Origin: a virus | Virus record (IMG/VR): IMGVR_UViG_3300036770_007174 | Location: 28,336 to 92,335 of that record | Length of the DNA: 64,000 nt | Reading direction: 5' to 3' (one strand) | Part shown: one piece after another, positions 48,012 to 57,056 of the stretch | How positions within the stretch are numbered: the first letter of the stretch is position 1 | Layout of the letters: the number at the start of each line of letters is the position of its first letter | Translations under genes and position numbers: made by a program | The notes under the pieces: generated by a model | The model's database searches: none | The model's input: only the letters and a program-made list of their open reading frames with translations | What the model was told of the DNA's origin: nothing

Positions 48012-49375
48012 TGTCGGCCTTCGCCTCCATGTTGGCCGCTGTGCACGCTGACACCAACATCGGCACGCCGGCCGACTTCCGCCGCCCGCCCGGCCCCTGG
48101 GTGCCGGCCCGCGTCGTTCTGTCCCGGCCGACCGACACCATCGGCGGGCTGGGCGGCATCGCGACCCGGGCCGGCAGCCTGGCCGCCGCTCTCCTGGCCG
48201 GCGACATCGCGCCGCTCGTGCCGCGGCGGGGCGATGAGCTGCTGCTCGACGGCAGGGTGCGCAGCATCGAGACCGCCGAACCCGACCCGCTCGGCCTGTC
48301 CTGGCGCCTGGTCCTGTCCGATCTGCTCTCCGAGGCCGCGCCCGACCCGGTGATCGGCGCCATCCGCTACGATGCCTGGGACGTGCCGTCCTCCGGCCTG
48401 ACCCAGGCGGAACAGGCCGCGCTGTCGCAGACGGGCTTCACGCACCGTGCGCCCTTCTGGGCCGCGGTCGCTGGCAGCAGCGTGACCCTCCCGGCGGCGA
48501 CCCAGGCGCGCATGGACGCCGAGATCGCCCATGCGGCCGCCGCGGGCCTTGCCTTCTGGGCCTTCCTCGGCTGGGACCCGTCCACCCCGGAGATCACCGC
48601 GCTGAACCTCTACCGGTCGAGCAGCCGGCGCGGCGACATCGGCTTCTGCATGATCGAGAACATGCAGGGCCTTTACTATCTCGGGACCTGGCTGCCGAAC
48701 GTCGCCCGCACGATCGCGCTCATGGCCGAGCCCGGCTACCGGAAGGTCTTCGGCACCCGCCCGCTGCTGTTCATCAACTCCATGTCCGATGCCGACATCA
48801 TGGCGCGCTTCGGCAGCATGGACGCCACCGCAACGGTGCTCGACGGCATCCGCGAGCACTGCGTCCTCGCGGGTGTGGGCGACCCCTACATCGTCATGAT
48901 GGACGGGTGGCACACCCGCGCCGCCGCCCTGGCCGGCTATGGTGCCGATGCCGCCTCGTCCTATGCCGCGATCGGGCAGATCGCCGCGCCGACGCCCTAC
49001 ATCTCCCTGATGGCCGCGGCCGAGCAGTGGCGCATCGATGCCGCGGCGCTGGGCGTGGATGTGGTGCCGCCGCTGACCTTCGGCTGGGACTACCGGCCGC
49101 GCATCGGCGGACCGCCCGCCTGGTTTGGCGCCGCGGCGACCGGCGATCCCAACGCCCACTGGCTGCCGCCGACCCCCGACGAGATCGCACGGCATGCGGC
49201 CGATGCCGTCGCATGGCTGCGCGCCAACGAACCTGCCGCTCCGGCGCAGATCGCGATTGCCTATGCCTGGAACGAGTTCAGCGAGGGCGGCTGGCTCTGC
49301 CCGACCTTCCTGGCCGGGGAGCCGGCCGGCGACACCGCGCGCATCGCCGCCCTGGCGACCGTCCTCAAGCGATAG
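48011..49375 (+). CDS. Head-tail joining protein fused to a GH99/WbsX-like glycoside hydrolase domain
   Basis: N-terminal ~105 aa (MSAF..., PRRGDEL.LDG..., D.LGL.WRL) like head-closure proteins; C-terminal AIRYDAW, RPLLFI, GWDYRPR, YAWNEFSEGGWLCPT. Confidence 0.7.
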   Translation: MSAFASMLAAVHADTNIGTPADFRRPPGPWVPARVVLSRPTDTIGGLGGIATRAGSLAAALLAGDIAPLVPRRGDELLLDGRVRSIETAEPDPLGLSWRLVLSDLLSEAAPDPVIGAIRYDAWDVPSSGLTQAEQAALSQTGFTHRAPFWAAVAGSSVTLPAATQARMDAEIAHAAAAGLAFWAFLGWDPSTPEITALNLYRSSSRRGDIGFCMIENMQGLYYLGTWLPNVARTIALMAEPGYRKVFGTRPLLFINSMSDADIMARFGSMDATATVLDGIREHCVLAGVGDPYIVMMDGWHTRAAALAGYGADAASSYAAIGQIAAPTPYISLMAAAEQWRIDAAALGVDVVPPLTFGWDYRPRIGGPPAWFGAAATGDPNAHWLPPTPDEIARHAADAVAWLRANEPAAPAQIAIAYAWNEFSEGGWLCPTFLAGEPAGDTARIAALATVLKR

Positions 49376-49398
49376 CCGCCCCCCGCAAGGAGACCCCC

Positions 49399-49620
49399 AT
49401 GCTGATCCGCTTCACCATGCCCTGCGTCCTGGGCACGACCGAGTACGCCTCCGACGCGGAGGCAGATCTGCCGCCCGAGGTGGCCAACATGGCGCTGATG
49501 CTGGGACGCGGCGTGCGCGCGATGCCGGAGCCACAGTCTGCGCCGCCGCAGTCGGCACCGGAGGAGCCGACCGCCGCCACCCCGGTGCCCGATGAGAGCG
49601 CCGGGGCAGAGCAGACCTGA
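49399..49620 (+). CDS. Hypothetical protein
   Basis: AAGGAG RBS, 73 aa. Confidence 0.6.
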   Translation: MLIRFTMPCVLGTTEYASDAEADLPPEVANMALMLGRGVRAMPEPQSAPPQSAPEEPTAATPVPDESAGAEQT

Positions 49621-49635
49621 CGGACGCCGCATCCC

Positions 49636-50085
49636 ATGGCGACCCCCCTGCGCGAGGCGGCGCTCGCTGCCGTCGCGGCGCGGCTGCGCGCGCAGATGCC
49701 CGACGTGGCGCTCGATCGCGCCCGGCGCAGCGCCATCGATGCCGATCGCGAGCGCCTGCCGCGCCTCATCCTGCGCGGCGAGGACATCGAGGCCGACGAC
49801 ACCCAGGAGCCCGGCCGCACGCACTACCGGATCGGCTTCGCGGTCGTCGCCGTCACGCGCGCCGGCTCGGACCTGGACCTCGAACAGGCGCTGTCATCGC
49901 TGCACGCGCGCATCGTCGCCGCCCTGGCCGGCTGGGTGCCGGACATCTGGGGTCTCGGCGACGTGGCCGAGCAGGGCGCGGAGTTCGTCCTCTACGACGC
50001 CGAGGACAGCGCCAAGCCGGCCGGCGAGTGCGTCGCGCGCTTCTCCATGCGCGCCGAGGCACCGAGCGGCAGTGCCACCCTCTGA
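49636..50085 (+). CDS. Tail completion/terminator protein
   Basis: 149 aa, starts TPLREAALAAV; immediately before the tail tube gene. Confidence 0.65.
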   Translation: MATPLREAALAAVAARLRAQMPDVALDRARRSAIDADRERLPRLILRGEDIEADDTQEPGRTHYRIGFAVVAVTRAGSDLDLEQALSSLHARIVAALAGWVPDIWGLGDVAEQGAEFVLYDAEDSAKPAGECVARFSMRAEAPSGSATL

Positions 50086-50133
50086 CCCCGTCCTCTGTCG
50101 CCTCCCATCCCCTGGCGTTGAAAGGCCCGGCCC

Positions 50134-51300
50134 ATGACCACCTCCACGGTTCGCTCCAAGTTCGCGGCGTTCGCGGTGAAGCTCGAAACCCTGCCGGGCC
50201 AGGACGCCATCGGCGGCACCCCGGCAACCGGCGACTGGGTGCTCGGCGAGATCGAGTGGGACTACGATCCGCAGACGATCGAGAACCCGGAGATCACCGG
50301 CAGCCTCGATCGCGCACCGGGGATCGTCGGCGGGCTGCGCCCGAGGTTGCGCATCCGGGTGCCGCTGCGCGGCTCCGGCGGCTCCATGCCTCCGCCGGAC
50401 TGGGGCAAGCTGATGCAGTGCTGCGCCTACAGCGAGACGTTGACCCCGGCACCGATCGGCGCGCCGACGGCCGCCGTCGCCGGCACCCAGCTTTCCATCA
50501 CGGCGGGCGCGCCCTTCGGCACCACCCCGAACCAGTATCGCGGCATGCCGCTGCTGGCCTCCGGCGACCAGACCTTCACCACGGCGATCATCGGCTACAC
50601 CGGCGCCAAGGTGATCTTCCTCGGGGAAATGCGGGCCGTGGCCCCCACCACCGCCACCCTGATCCAGATCCCGGTGCACAATCTCTACGCGCCGACCTCG
50701 GACGAGGCGGTCTACAAGACCTGCACCATCTATGCCTATGTCGACGGCTACAACTGGCGGTTCGGCGGATGCGTCGGCACCTGGTCGCTGGAACTGACCA
50801 CCGGCGGCATCGGCATGCTGACCTTCGAGATGCGCGGCCAGATGCTCGCCAAGACCGGCGCCGCGCTGCCCACCGGATGGAACACCGTCATCCGCCCGGC
50901 CGCGCCGCGCTTCGTGGCCGGGCGCGCGCAGCTCAACTACGTCCTCGCGCGGTGTCGCAGCCTGACCTTCAACGCCGGCGTCGGCGTCACCCTGCCCGAC
51001 AACCCCGAGGCCATCGAGGGCTACGATCCCGCCGTGCCGATCGAGCGCGCCAGCGGCGGCAGCATCGACCCCCTCAAGGACACCGTGAACGGCACCCAGC
51101 TCTACGACAATTTCCGCTCCGGCGCCGGCATGTCGCTGTTCGCGGTCGTGGGCAGCATGCCGGGCAACCGCTTCATCATCACGGCACCCAATGTGCGCGC
51201 GCAGGGCATGCGCCATGGCCAGCGCGAGGGGTTGATGACCGACGAGATCCCCTTCGCCTGCAGCGGCGTCGACTCTGCGCTGTACCTCGCCGCCTTCTGA
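50134..51300 (+). CDS. Major tail tube protein
   Basis: 388 aa beta-rich; VKLET..G.D, V.LRGSG, PDWG.L...C, GCVG.W; precedes chaperones. Confidence 0.78.
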   Translation: MTTSTVRSKFAAFAVKLETLPGQDAIGGTPATGDWVLGEIEWDYDPQTIENPEITGSLDRAPGIVGGLRPRLRIRVPLRGSGGSMPPPDWGKLMQCCAYSETLTPAPIGAPTAAVAGTQLSITAGAPFGTTPNQYRGMPLLASGDQTFTTAIIGYTGAKVIFLGEMRAVAPTTATLIQIPVHNLYAPTSDEAVYKTCTIYAYVDGYNWRFGGCVGTWSLELTTGGIGMLTFEMRGQMLAKTGAALPTGWNTVIRPAAPRFVAGRAQLNYVLARCRSLTFNAGVGVTLPDNPEAIEGYDPAVPIERASGGSIDPLKDTVNGTQLYDNFRSGAGMSLFAVVGSMPGNRFIITAPNVRAQGMRHGQREGLMTDEIPFACSGVDSALYLAAF

Positions 51301-51321
51301 TCCCCCACCCCGGAGCCCATC

Positions 51322-51897
51322 ATGGTCCCTGTCTTCACCCGGCGCGAGGCCGAGCGCTTCACGCCGCCCGGCTCGCCGCGCACGTACATCCTGGCCCCGC
51401 TCACCTTTCGCGAGCGGCAGGCCTTCCGCGCCGAGATGGCGCGCGAGGGCGGGCTCTATCCGCCGCGCGCGCAGCTTCTCGACGCGCTGCGCGAGGCGGT
51501 GCGCGAGGCCTCGCCCGGCAACGCCGACGAACTGGTCGCGCATATCGACGCGGCCGAGGCCGATCCCGACGGCGAGGACCGCGCGGTGCAGCAGCGCCTC
51601 GCCACGATCGAGGCGGCCTGCGCCGGCATCCCGGTCTATGCCACGCTGATCGCGGCGCGGCAGCGCTATGCCGGCATGCTGCCCTGGGTTGCCGCCCGCC
51701 ATGCGCTGCGCGGCTGGGAGGGCGACGGGCTGCCGCCCTTCCTGCGCCAGGGCGGCACGGTCCCGGCCGATCTGCTCGACCTGCTGCCGGGCGACGAGAT
51801 CGAGGCGGTGGGAAACCGCGCGGCCGAACTGATGCAGCCGGACCGGAGTGCGGAGGGAAACTCCGCACCGCCCTCGTCCTCGCCCGTGATCCCCTGA
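51322..51897 (+). CDS. Tail assembly chaperone (gpG-like)
   Basis: Between tube and tape measure; LRGWEG; ends just after the slippery G GGA AAC. Confidence 0.75.
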   Translation: MVPVFTRREAERFTPPGSPRTYILAPLTFRERQAFRAEMAREGGLYPPRAQLLDALREAVREASPGNADELVAHIDAAEADPDGEDRAVQQRLATIEAACAGIPVYATLIAARQRYAGMLPWVAARHALRGWEGDGLPPFLRQGGTVPADLLDLLPGDEIEAVGNRAAELMQPDRSAEGNSAPPSSSPVIP

Positions 51898-52169
51898 TCT
51901 GCCAGGGCGGTCTGCGTCCACCCGAGGGCGGCGACTGGATCGTCGCAGGTCAGGTCTGGGCGGAGAATCCACGCATCGTCTTGGACGGCGCCTGGGCGGC
52001 CTTCGTGCGACTGTGGGCGTCCTGCCGCGCCGGCATGGGCGGCATCGCCTGCTGGCCGGATGCGGGCGGCGTGGCCGACCAGGCGGCCTGGGTGGTCGAT
52101 GCTTTCGCCACCCTGGGGGCCATCGACGCGGACCTCGACGAGGACGAGCGGCGGCGCCGCGGAGGCTGA
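51855..52169 (+). CDS. Tail assembly chaperone extension (gpT-like), expressed by -1 frameshift
   Basis: The -1 frame is open from GGGAAAC (51855-51861) to TGA 52169 and encodes WPDAGGVADQAAWVVDAF. Confidence 0.75.
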   Translation, partial: GKLRTALVLARDPLICQGGLRPPEGGDWIVAGQVWAENPRIVLDGAWAAFVRLWASCRAGMGGIACWPDAGGVADQAAWVVDAFATLGAIDADLDEDERRRRGG

Positions 52170-52170
52170 C

Positions 52171-52929
52171 ATGGCCATTGCGCCCCCAGGGATCGGCACC
52201 ACCACCCGCGCCGGCATCCGCGCGGCGATGGATGCGGAGATCGTCGCCATCGCCGCCGGACTGCGCCAGGCGGTGGCGCGCACCGGCCGGCAGGTCCAGC
52301 AGGAACTGCGCGCCCAGGCGCGGGCGGGCGGCTTCAAGGATGGCGGCCGGGCGATCGCCAATGCGTGGCGCCTGCGCATCTATCCCGCCGAGGGCACGGC
52401 CCCGCGCACGTGGCGGCCGGCGGCGCTCGTGCATTCTAACGCGCCCGAGATCGCCGACGCCTTCGACAAGGGCGTGCCCATCGTGGCCAAAGGGCAGCGC
52501 TGGCTCGTCTTCCCGACCGCCTGGAATGCGCGGCAAGGCCGTCGCGGGGCCTCGTCGCGCGGCGGGGTGCGGGTGACCCCGGCGCAGATGATGGCGGCCA
52601 AGGGCGACGCCTTCGTGATCCGCTCGAAGTCCAATCCCGCGGTGCGCCTCTGGTGCCTGCGCGTGCGCGAGGCGCGCGGCCTGTCGCGCCGCGCGCGCAA
52701 CCGCATCCGCCTCTGGGCCGGGCCGGCGGAGGTGCTCACCGGCAACCGCAAGGGGCGCCAGCAGGCCGCGCGCGACCTGCTCGACCGGGGGTTCGTGCCG
52801 ATGTTCCTGCTGATGAAGCGCGTTGCCGTGCGCAAGCGGCTCGACATCGAAGCCGTGCGGTCGCGGGCGGGCGGGATGTTCGCCGCCAATGCCATCGCCG
52901 AACTGCGGCGCGGAGGCGGTCCGGGATGA
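52171..52929 (+). CDS. Phage minor structural protein (DUF6441-like)
   Basis: Basic protein with AALVHS.AP.I..AF, WL.FPT, VPMFLL; overlaps the tape measure start. Confidence 0.7.
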   Translation: MAIAPPGIGTTTRAGIRAAMDAEIVAIAAGLRQAVARTGRQVQQELRAQARAGGFKDGGRAIANAWRLRIYPAEGTAPRTWRPAALVHSNAPEIADAFDKGVPIVAKGQRWLVFPTAWNARQGRRGASSRGGVRVTPAQMMAAKGDAFVIRSKSNPAVRLWCLRVREARGLSRRARNRIRLWAGPAEVLTGNRKGRQQAARDLLDRGFVPMFLLMKRVAVRKRLDIEAVRSRAGGMFAANAIAELRRGGGPG

Positions 52930-55900
52930 GCGGCAGCGCGCGCAACGTCTCGATCCGCGTCTCGGCCGAGGAGGTCGATTCGGCGCGGGCGCGCCTGGAA
53001 GCGCTCGGCGACGTGGGCGACCGCGCGCTGCGCCGGGTGGAGACCGCGGCCCAGGCGGCGGCCAACGCCTTCGCGGGCGTGGCCCGCCCGGCGGATGCCG
53101 AGGCGGTGCGCCGCCGCGGTGAGGACATCGCCGCCTATGGCGTCGAGCTCGACCGGCTGCGCGGCAAGTTTGACCCGCTCTTCGCCGCGCAGCAGCGCCA
53201 CAAGGCCCTGCTTGAGGAGATCGGCCGCGCCGAGCGCGTCGGCGCCATCGATGCCGTCACCGCCGCCGGCGCGCGGGACAAGGCCACACGCGGGTATCTT
53301 GACAGCACCGCAGCCTTGCGCGGCATGGCGCCCGCCGCCCAGGCCGCGGCGAATGCCCAGGTGCAGCTGGCGCGGACGGGCGAGCTGTCCGCCTACCAGC
53401 AGCGCATCCTGAACATGCAGCTGAGCGACGTGTTCCAGACGCTCGCGCTGGGCATGCCGCCCATGATGGTGTTCCTCCAGCAGGGGCCGCAGATCGTCGA
53501 TGTCTATGGCGGCGTCGGCAACACGCTTCGGGCGCTGACCGCCGCTGTCGGGGGACCGTTCGCGCTGGCCTTCGGGGTCGGGGCCGTGGCGGTCGGCGGC
53601 CTGGCCGCCCGCGCCGCGAGCCTGACCGGCGAGGCACGCACGCTGTCGGTCGCCCTGCGCGCCGTCGGCCGCGACGCCGAGATCGCCACCGCCGACCTGC
53701 AATCCTACATCCGGGCGCTGGAACAGCAGGGCGTCGCGCGCAGCGACGCGCGAGCCATCGTCGCCGACCTCGCCCGCACGCCCGGCCTCGCGGCGGGCGA
53801 TATCGGCCGCGCGGCGCGGCTGGCCCCGGACCTCGCCGCGGCGACCGGCACCGATGCGGCGGCAGCGGGCAAGCAGTTGGCCGACCTGTTCGCCTCGCCC
53901 GCCGACGGCATCCGCAAGCTCGACACCGCGCTCAACTTCCTGACCGCATCCCAAGCCGGGGCGATCCGCACCATGCTGGAGCATGGCGAGCGCACCAAGG
54001 CGGTCGACGTCGCCGTCGATGCCCTGACCAGGCGGATCGGCGGGCTGTCGCGGGACGCGCTCTCGCCGATGGGCACGGCGCTGCGCGACCTGTCGAGCAA
54101 CTGGACCACCTTCATGGACTCGGTCGCGCAGTCGCGGCCGATCGTCGCCCTGGTCGAGACGCTGAACCTCGCGGTCCAGGGCATCAGCTGGGCAGTCGGC
54201 TCGGCGCCGGCCGGGGAGCGCACCGATCGCGAGATTGCGCGGCTCGAAGGGTTGCTCGCCGGGACCGACAGTTATGGTGCGCCGAGCGTCGCCGGCGACG
54301 CCCGCCGCGTCATCGAGCAGCAGCTCGCCGACGCCCGCGCCCGCCGGATGATCCAGGGCGGCCCGGTCACCGGCGGTGCCGCGGCGGCACCTGAGCCGGG
54401 CGGCCGGATCGGGGGCAGCCCGATCGGCGAGCCGTCTCCCGGGCAGCTTGCCGCCCAGCAGAAGCAGGTCGATCTCCTCACGCAGTCCTGGCGCGACCAG
54501 CAGCGCGTGCTGGCGGCATCGATCCCGGACCGGGTGCGGGTGCGCGCGGAGATCGCCGCCGCGCGCGAGGCGGCCGAGAAGAACATCACCGGCGCGGCGC
54601 GCGAGGAGCTGATCCGCCGCCGCGTCGCCGAGGCGATCCGCGGCGAGGCCGATGCGCGCGGTCAGGAGATCGCCGCCATCACCCGCGAGGGGCAGGCCGC
54701 GCTGGCGCTGGCTCAGGCGTCCGAGCAGGGCCGCGCGGCGATGCTGCGCAGCAAGGCGGCGGCCGAGGCGCACGCGCAGGCGGCGACGCAGACCGCGGCG
54801 AACGAGCGCGTGCTGACCGAGGCGATCCTGAACCGTGGCGCGGCACAGGAGGCCGCCAGCGGTGCCGAGGCGGCGGTTGCGCTCAAGGAGCAGAATGAGG
54901 CGCTGCGCCGGCTGATCGACGCCGAGCGCCAGGGCGACCGCGCAGCCTTCCAGGCGGCGGTGGCCGAGCGCACGCGCGAGGCGACGCGGGCGATGGAGGC
55001 GCAGCGCGAGGTCGCGACCGACCCGGCGATCCGCGAGGCGTTGACGGCGCAGATCGATCTGGTCCGCCGCCGCACCGAGGAGCAGGCGGCGCTCAACGCC
55101 GAGTTAGCGCAGGCCCGTCGTCTCTCCGCCGGGCGCCGCGAGCTCGAAGACCTGCGCGACCAGATCGACCTGCTTGGCGAAAGCGCTGCCGTGCGCGAGC
55201 GCGAACTGGCGACGCGGCGGGCGACCCGCCAGTTGGTCCAGGAGGGTGCCGATCCGGCGAACCTCACCGCGGCACAACGCGCCCTGGTCGATCAGGCCGC
55301 GGCGCTCGCCGACGCGAACACGCAGCTTCGCCAGCAGCGCGGCCTCTACGATGGCATCGCCGACAGTGCTGTGCAGGCCTTCGGGCGGGTCGGCGACGCA
55401 ATCACCCAGGCCTTCGTCGGGGGGCAGGGCGCCGCGGTGAACTGGGGCAACGTCACCCGCGGCGTGGTGTCCTCGGTGCTGTCCGAGATCGTGAAGCTCT
55501 CCCTCGTCAATCCGCTCCTCAACGCCGTCCTCGGCACCGAGCGCCCGTCCATGTTCTCGGCCGGCGGCGGCCTGGGCCTGTCGGACATCCTGAGCGGCGG
55601 CAGCCTGCTGGCGCGCGGCGCCGAGTTCCTGGGGTTCGACATCGCGGGCTCGCTCGGCCTCGGCGGCGGCAGCCTGTCGGGCAGCATCGGCACCGCGCTC
55701 TTCGGCGCGACCCCGCTCGGCCCGACCCTGAGCGGCGCGCCGCTCGCGGCCACGCCCGGCCTCTTCGGCACCTACGGCACCTCGCTCCTCGGCGGCTCGC
55801 AGCTGACCCTGAGCGGCGCCTTCGCCGGCATCGGCGGCGGCTTCGCGGCCGGCGCGATGCTCAACACCCTGCTCGGCCGCAGCCCCGCGCAGCAGACCAA

Positions 55901-56966
55901 TGGCATGATCGGCAGCGGCCTCGGGGCCTTGGGCGGCTTCCTGGTCGGCGGTCCGATCGGTGGGCTCATCGGCGGGCTTGCCGGCGGCGGGCTGGGCGGC
56001 CTGTTCGGGCCGGGCGAGTCGGTGCAGGGCTGGGGCTACTGGCTCGAAAGCCAGGACGGCCGCCTCAAGCCCATCGACCGCCGCTGGTTCAACGAGTCCG
56101 GCGCCCAGCACTTCGCCCATGCTGACCAGCAGGTCGCGGCCATCAACGCCCTGCTGGAGCAGAGCGGCCTGTCCGTGACCGGAGCCCGCAACGTCGGCGG
56201 CAACAAGAACGGTCCCGACCGTTCCTGGGGCGGCGCCGGCTCTTTCGAGGAGGCATTCGCCGACCTCCGCTTCACCGCCGCCAACGACGATGGCCTGAAC
56301 GCCGTCCTTGCCGGCCGGAGCTTCGCGGGACCGGCCGACCTGCAGACCATGCTGGCGGTCCGGGATACCATCCGCGGCCTGACGGCAACACCGGCCGAGA
56401 AGCTGGCTGACGCCATCGCGGCGGTGAACGCGCAGTTCGACGCCCTGACCGAGCAGGCGCGCAGATACGGTCTGGCCGAGACCGGCCTCGCCGAGGCCCG
56501 CAGCCGCGCCATCGCCGACGCGCAGGCCCAGGCAAACCCCGGCGCGCAGTCGCTGCTCGCCGACCTCGCCTTCGGCGGGCAGTCGGCGCTGGCGCCGGAG
56601 CAGCGCTACTTCGCCGCGCTGTCGCTGCTGAACGATGCGCGCGGGCGCTTGGGCTCGGGCGGGGACGTGGACTCCTTCGCGGCAACCGCGCGCCAGGTGC
56701 TGCCGGTGGCGCGCGACTTCCTCGGCACGTCGGACCGCTACGCCGGCCTAGTCGCCGATGTGGCCGGCGTGCTGTCGCGCGGCGGCGGGGACACGGCCGG
56801 GCTGGGCGCGCTGCTCCAGGCCCAGGCCGACGGCGGCGACGCGCTGCGCGAGACCTTCGCCCGCTACGGCGAGCGGCAGTTGGATGTCGCCACCGCAACC
56901 CTCGCCGAGTTCCGCCGCCTCGCCTCGGCGATCGAGGCCCTGCTCGCGCGGCGCACCGCCGCCTGA
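52926..56966 (+). CDS. Tail tape measure protein
   Basis: ~1346 aa, Ala-rich coiled coil; QLSDVF.TLA.G.PP..V.LQQGPQI (lambda-type TMP N-terminal motif); Gly-rich C-terminal part. Confidence 0.9.
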   Translation: MSGSARNVSIRVSAEEVDSARARLEALGDVGDRALRRVETAAQAAANAFAGVARPADAEAVRRRGEDIAAYGVELDRLRGKFDPLFAAQQRHKALLEEIGRAERVGAIDAVTAAGARDKATRGYLDSTAALRGMAPAAQAAANAQVQLARTGELSAYQQRILNMQLSDVFQTLALGMPPMMVFLQQGPQIVDVYGGVGNTLRALTAAVGGPFALAFGVGAVAVGGLAARAASLTGEARTLSVALRAVGRDAEIATADLQSYIRALEQQGVARSDARAIVADLARTPGLAAGDIGRAARLAPDLAAATGTDAAAAGKQLADLFASPADGIRKLDTALNFLTASQAGAIRTMLEHGERTKAVDVAVDALTRRIGGLSRDALSPMGTALRDLSSNWTTFMDSVAQSRPIVALVETLNLAVQGISWAVGSAPAGERTDREIARLEGLLAGTDSYGAPSVAGDARRVIEQQLADARARRMIQGGPVTGGAAAAPEPGGRIGGSPIGEPSPGQLAAQQKQVDLLTQSWRDQQRVLAASIPDRVRVRAEIAAAREAAEKNITGAAREELIRRRVAEAIRGEADARGQEIAAITREGQAALALAQASEQGRAAMLRSKAAAEAHAQAATQTAANERVLTEAILNRGAAQEAASGAEAAVALKEQNEALRRLIDAERQGDRAAFQAAVAERTREATRAMEAQREVATDPAIREALTAQIDLVRRRTEEQAALNAELAQARRLSAGRRELEDLRDQIDLLGESAAVRERELATRRATRQLVQEGADPANLTAAQRALVDQAAALADANTQLRQQRGLYDGIADSAVQAFGRVGDAITQAFVGGQGAAVNWGNVTRGVVSSVLSEIVKLSLVNPLLNAVLGTERPSMFSAGGGLGLSDILSGGSLLARGAEFLGFDIAGSLGLGGGSLSGSIGTALFGATPLGPTLSGAPLAATPGLFGTYGTSLLGGSQLTLSGAFAGIGGGFAAGAMLNTLLGRSPAQQTNGMIGSGLGALGGFLVGGPIGGLIGGLAGGGLGGLFGPGESVQGWGYWLESQDGRLKPIDRRWFNESGAQHFAHADQQVAAINALLEQSGLSVTGARNVGGNKNGPDRSWGGAGSFEEAFADLRFTAANDDGLNAVLAGRSFAGPADLQTMLAVRDTIRGLTATPAEKLADAIAAVNAQFDALTEQARRYGLAETGLAEARSRAIADAQAQANPGAQSLLADLAFGGQSALAPEQRYFAALSLLNDARGRLGSGGDVDSFAATARQVLPVARDFLGTSDRYAGLVADVAGVLSRGGGDTAGLGALLQAQADGGDALRETFARYGERQLDVATATLAEFRRLASAIEALLARRTAA

Positions 56967-57056
56967 TCCTGCTGCTCCACGTCCACCCTCCCAGGCGCTC
57001 GCGCGACGCCAGTGCGTCGCTGACGCGCCCTGGCGAAACCAAGGGGTTTCTCCGAC

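Noticed and set aside
50028-51854. 713-aa ORF 50028-52169 as a real gene
   Set aside because: Only the part after the slippery site looks coding; the rest overlaps the tube and chaperone genes out of frame.
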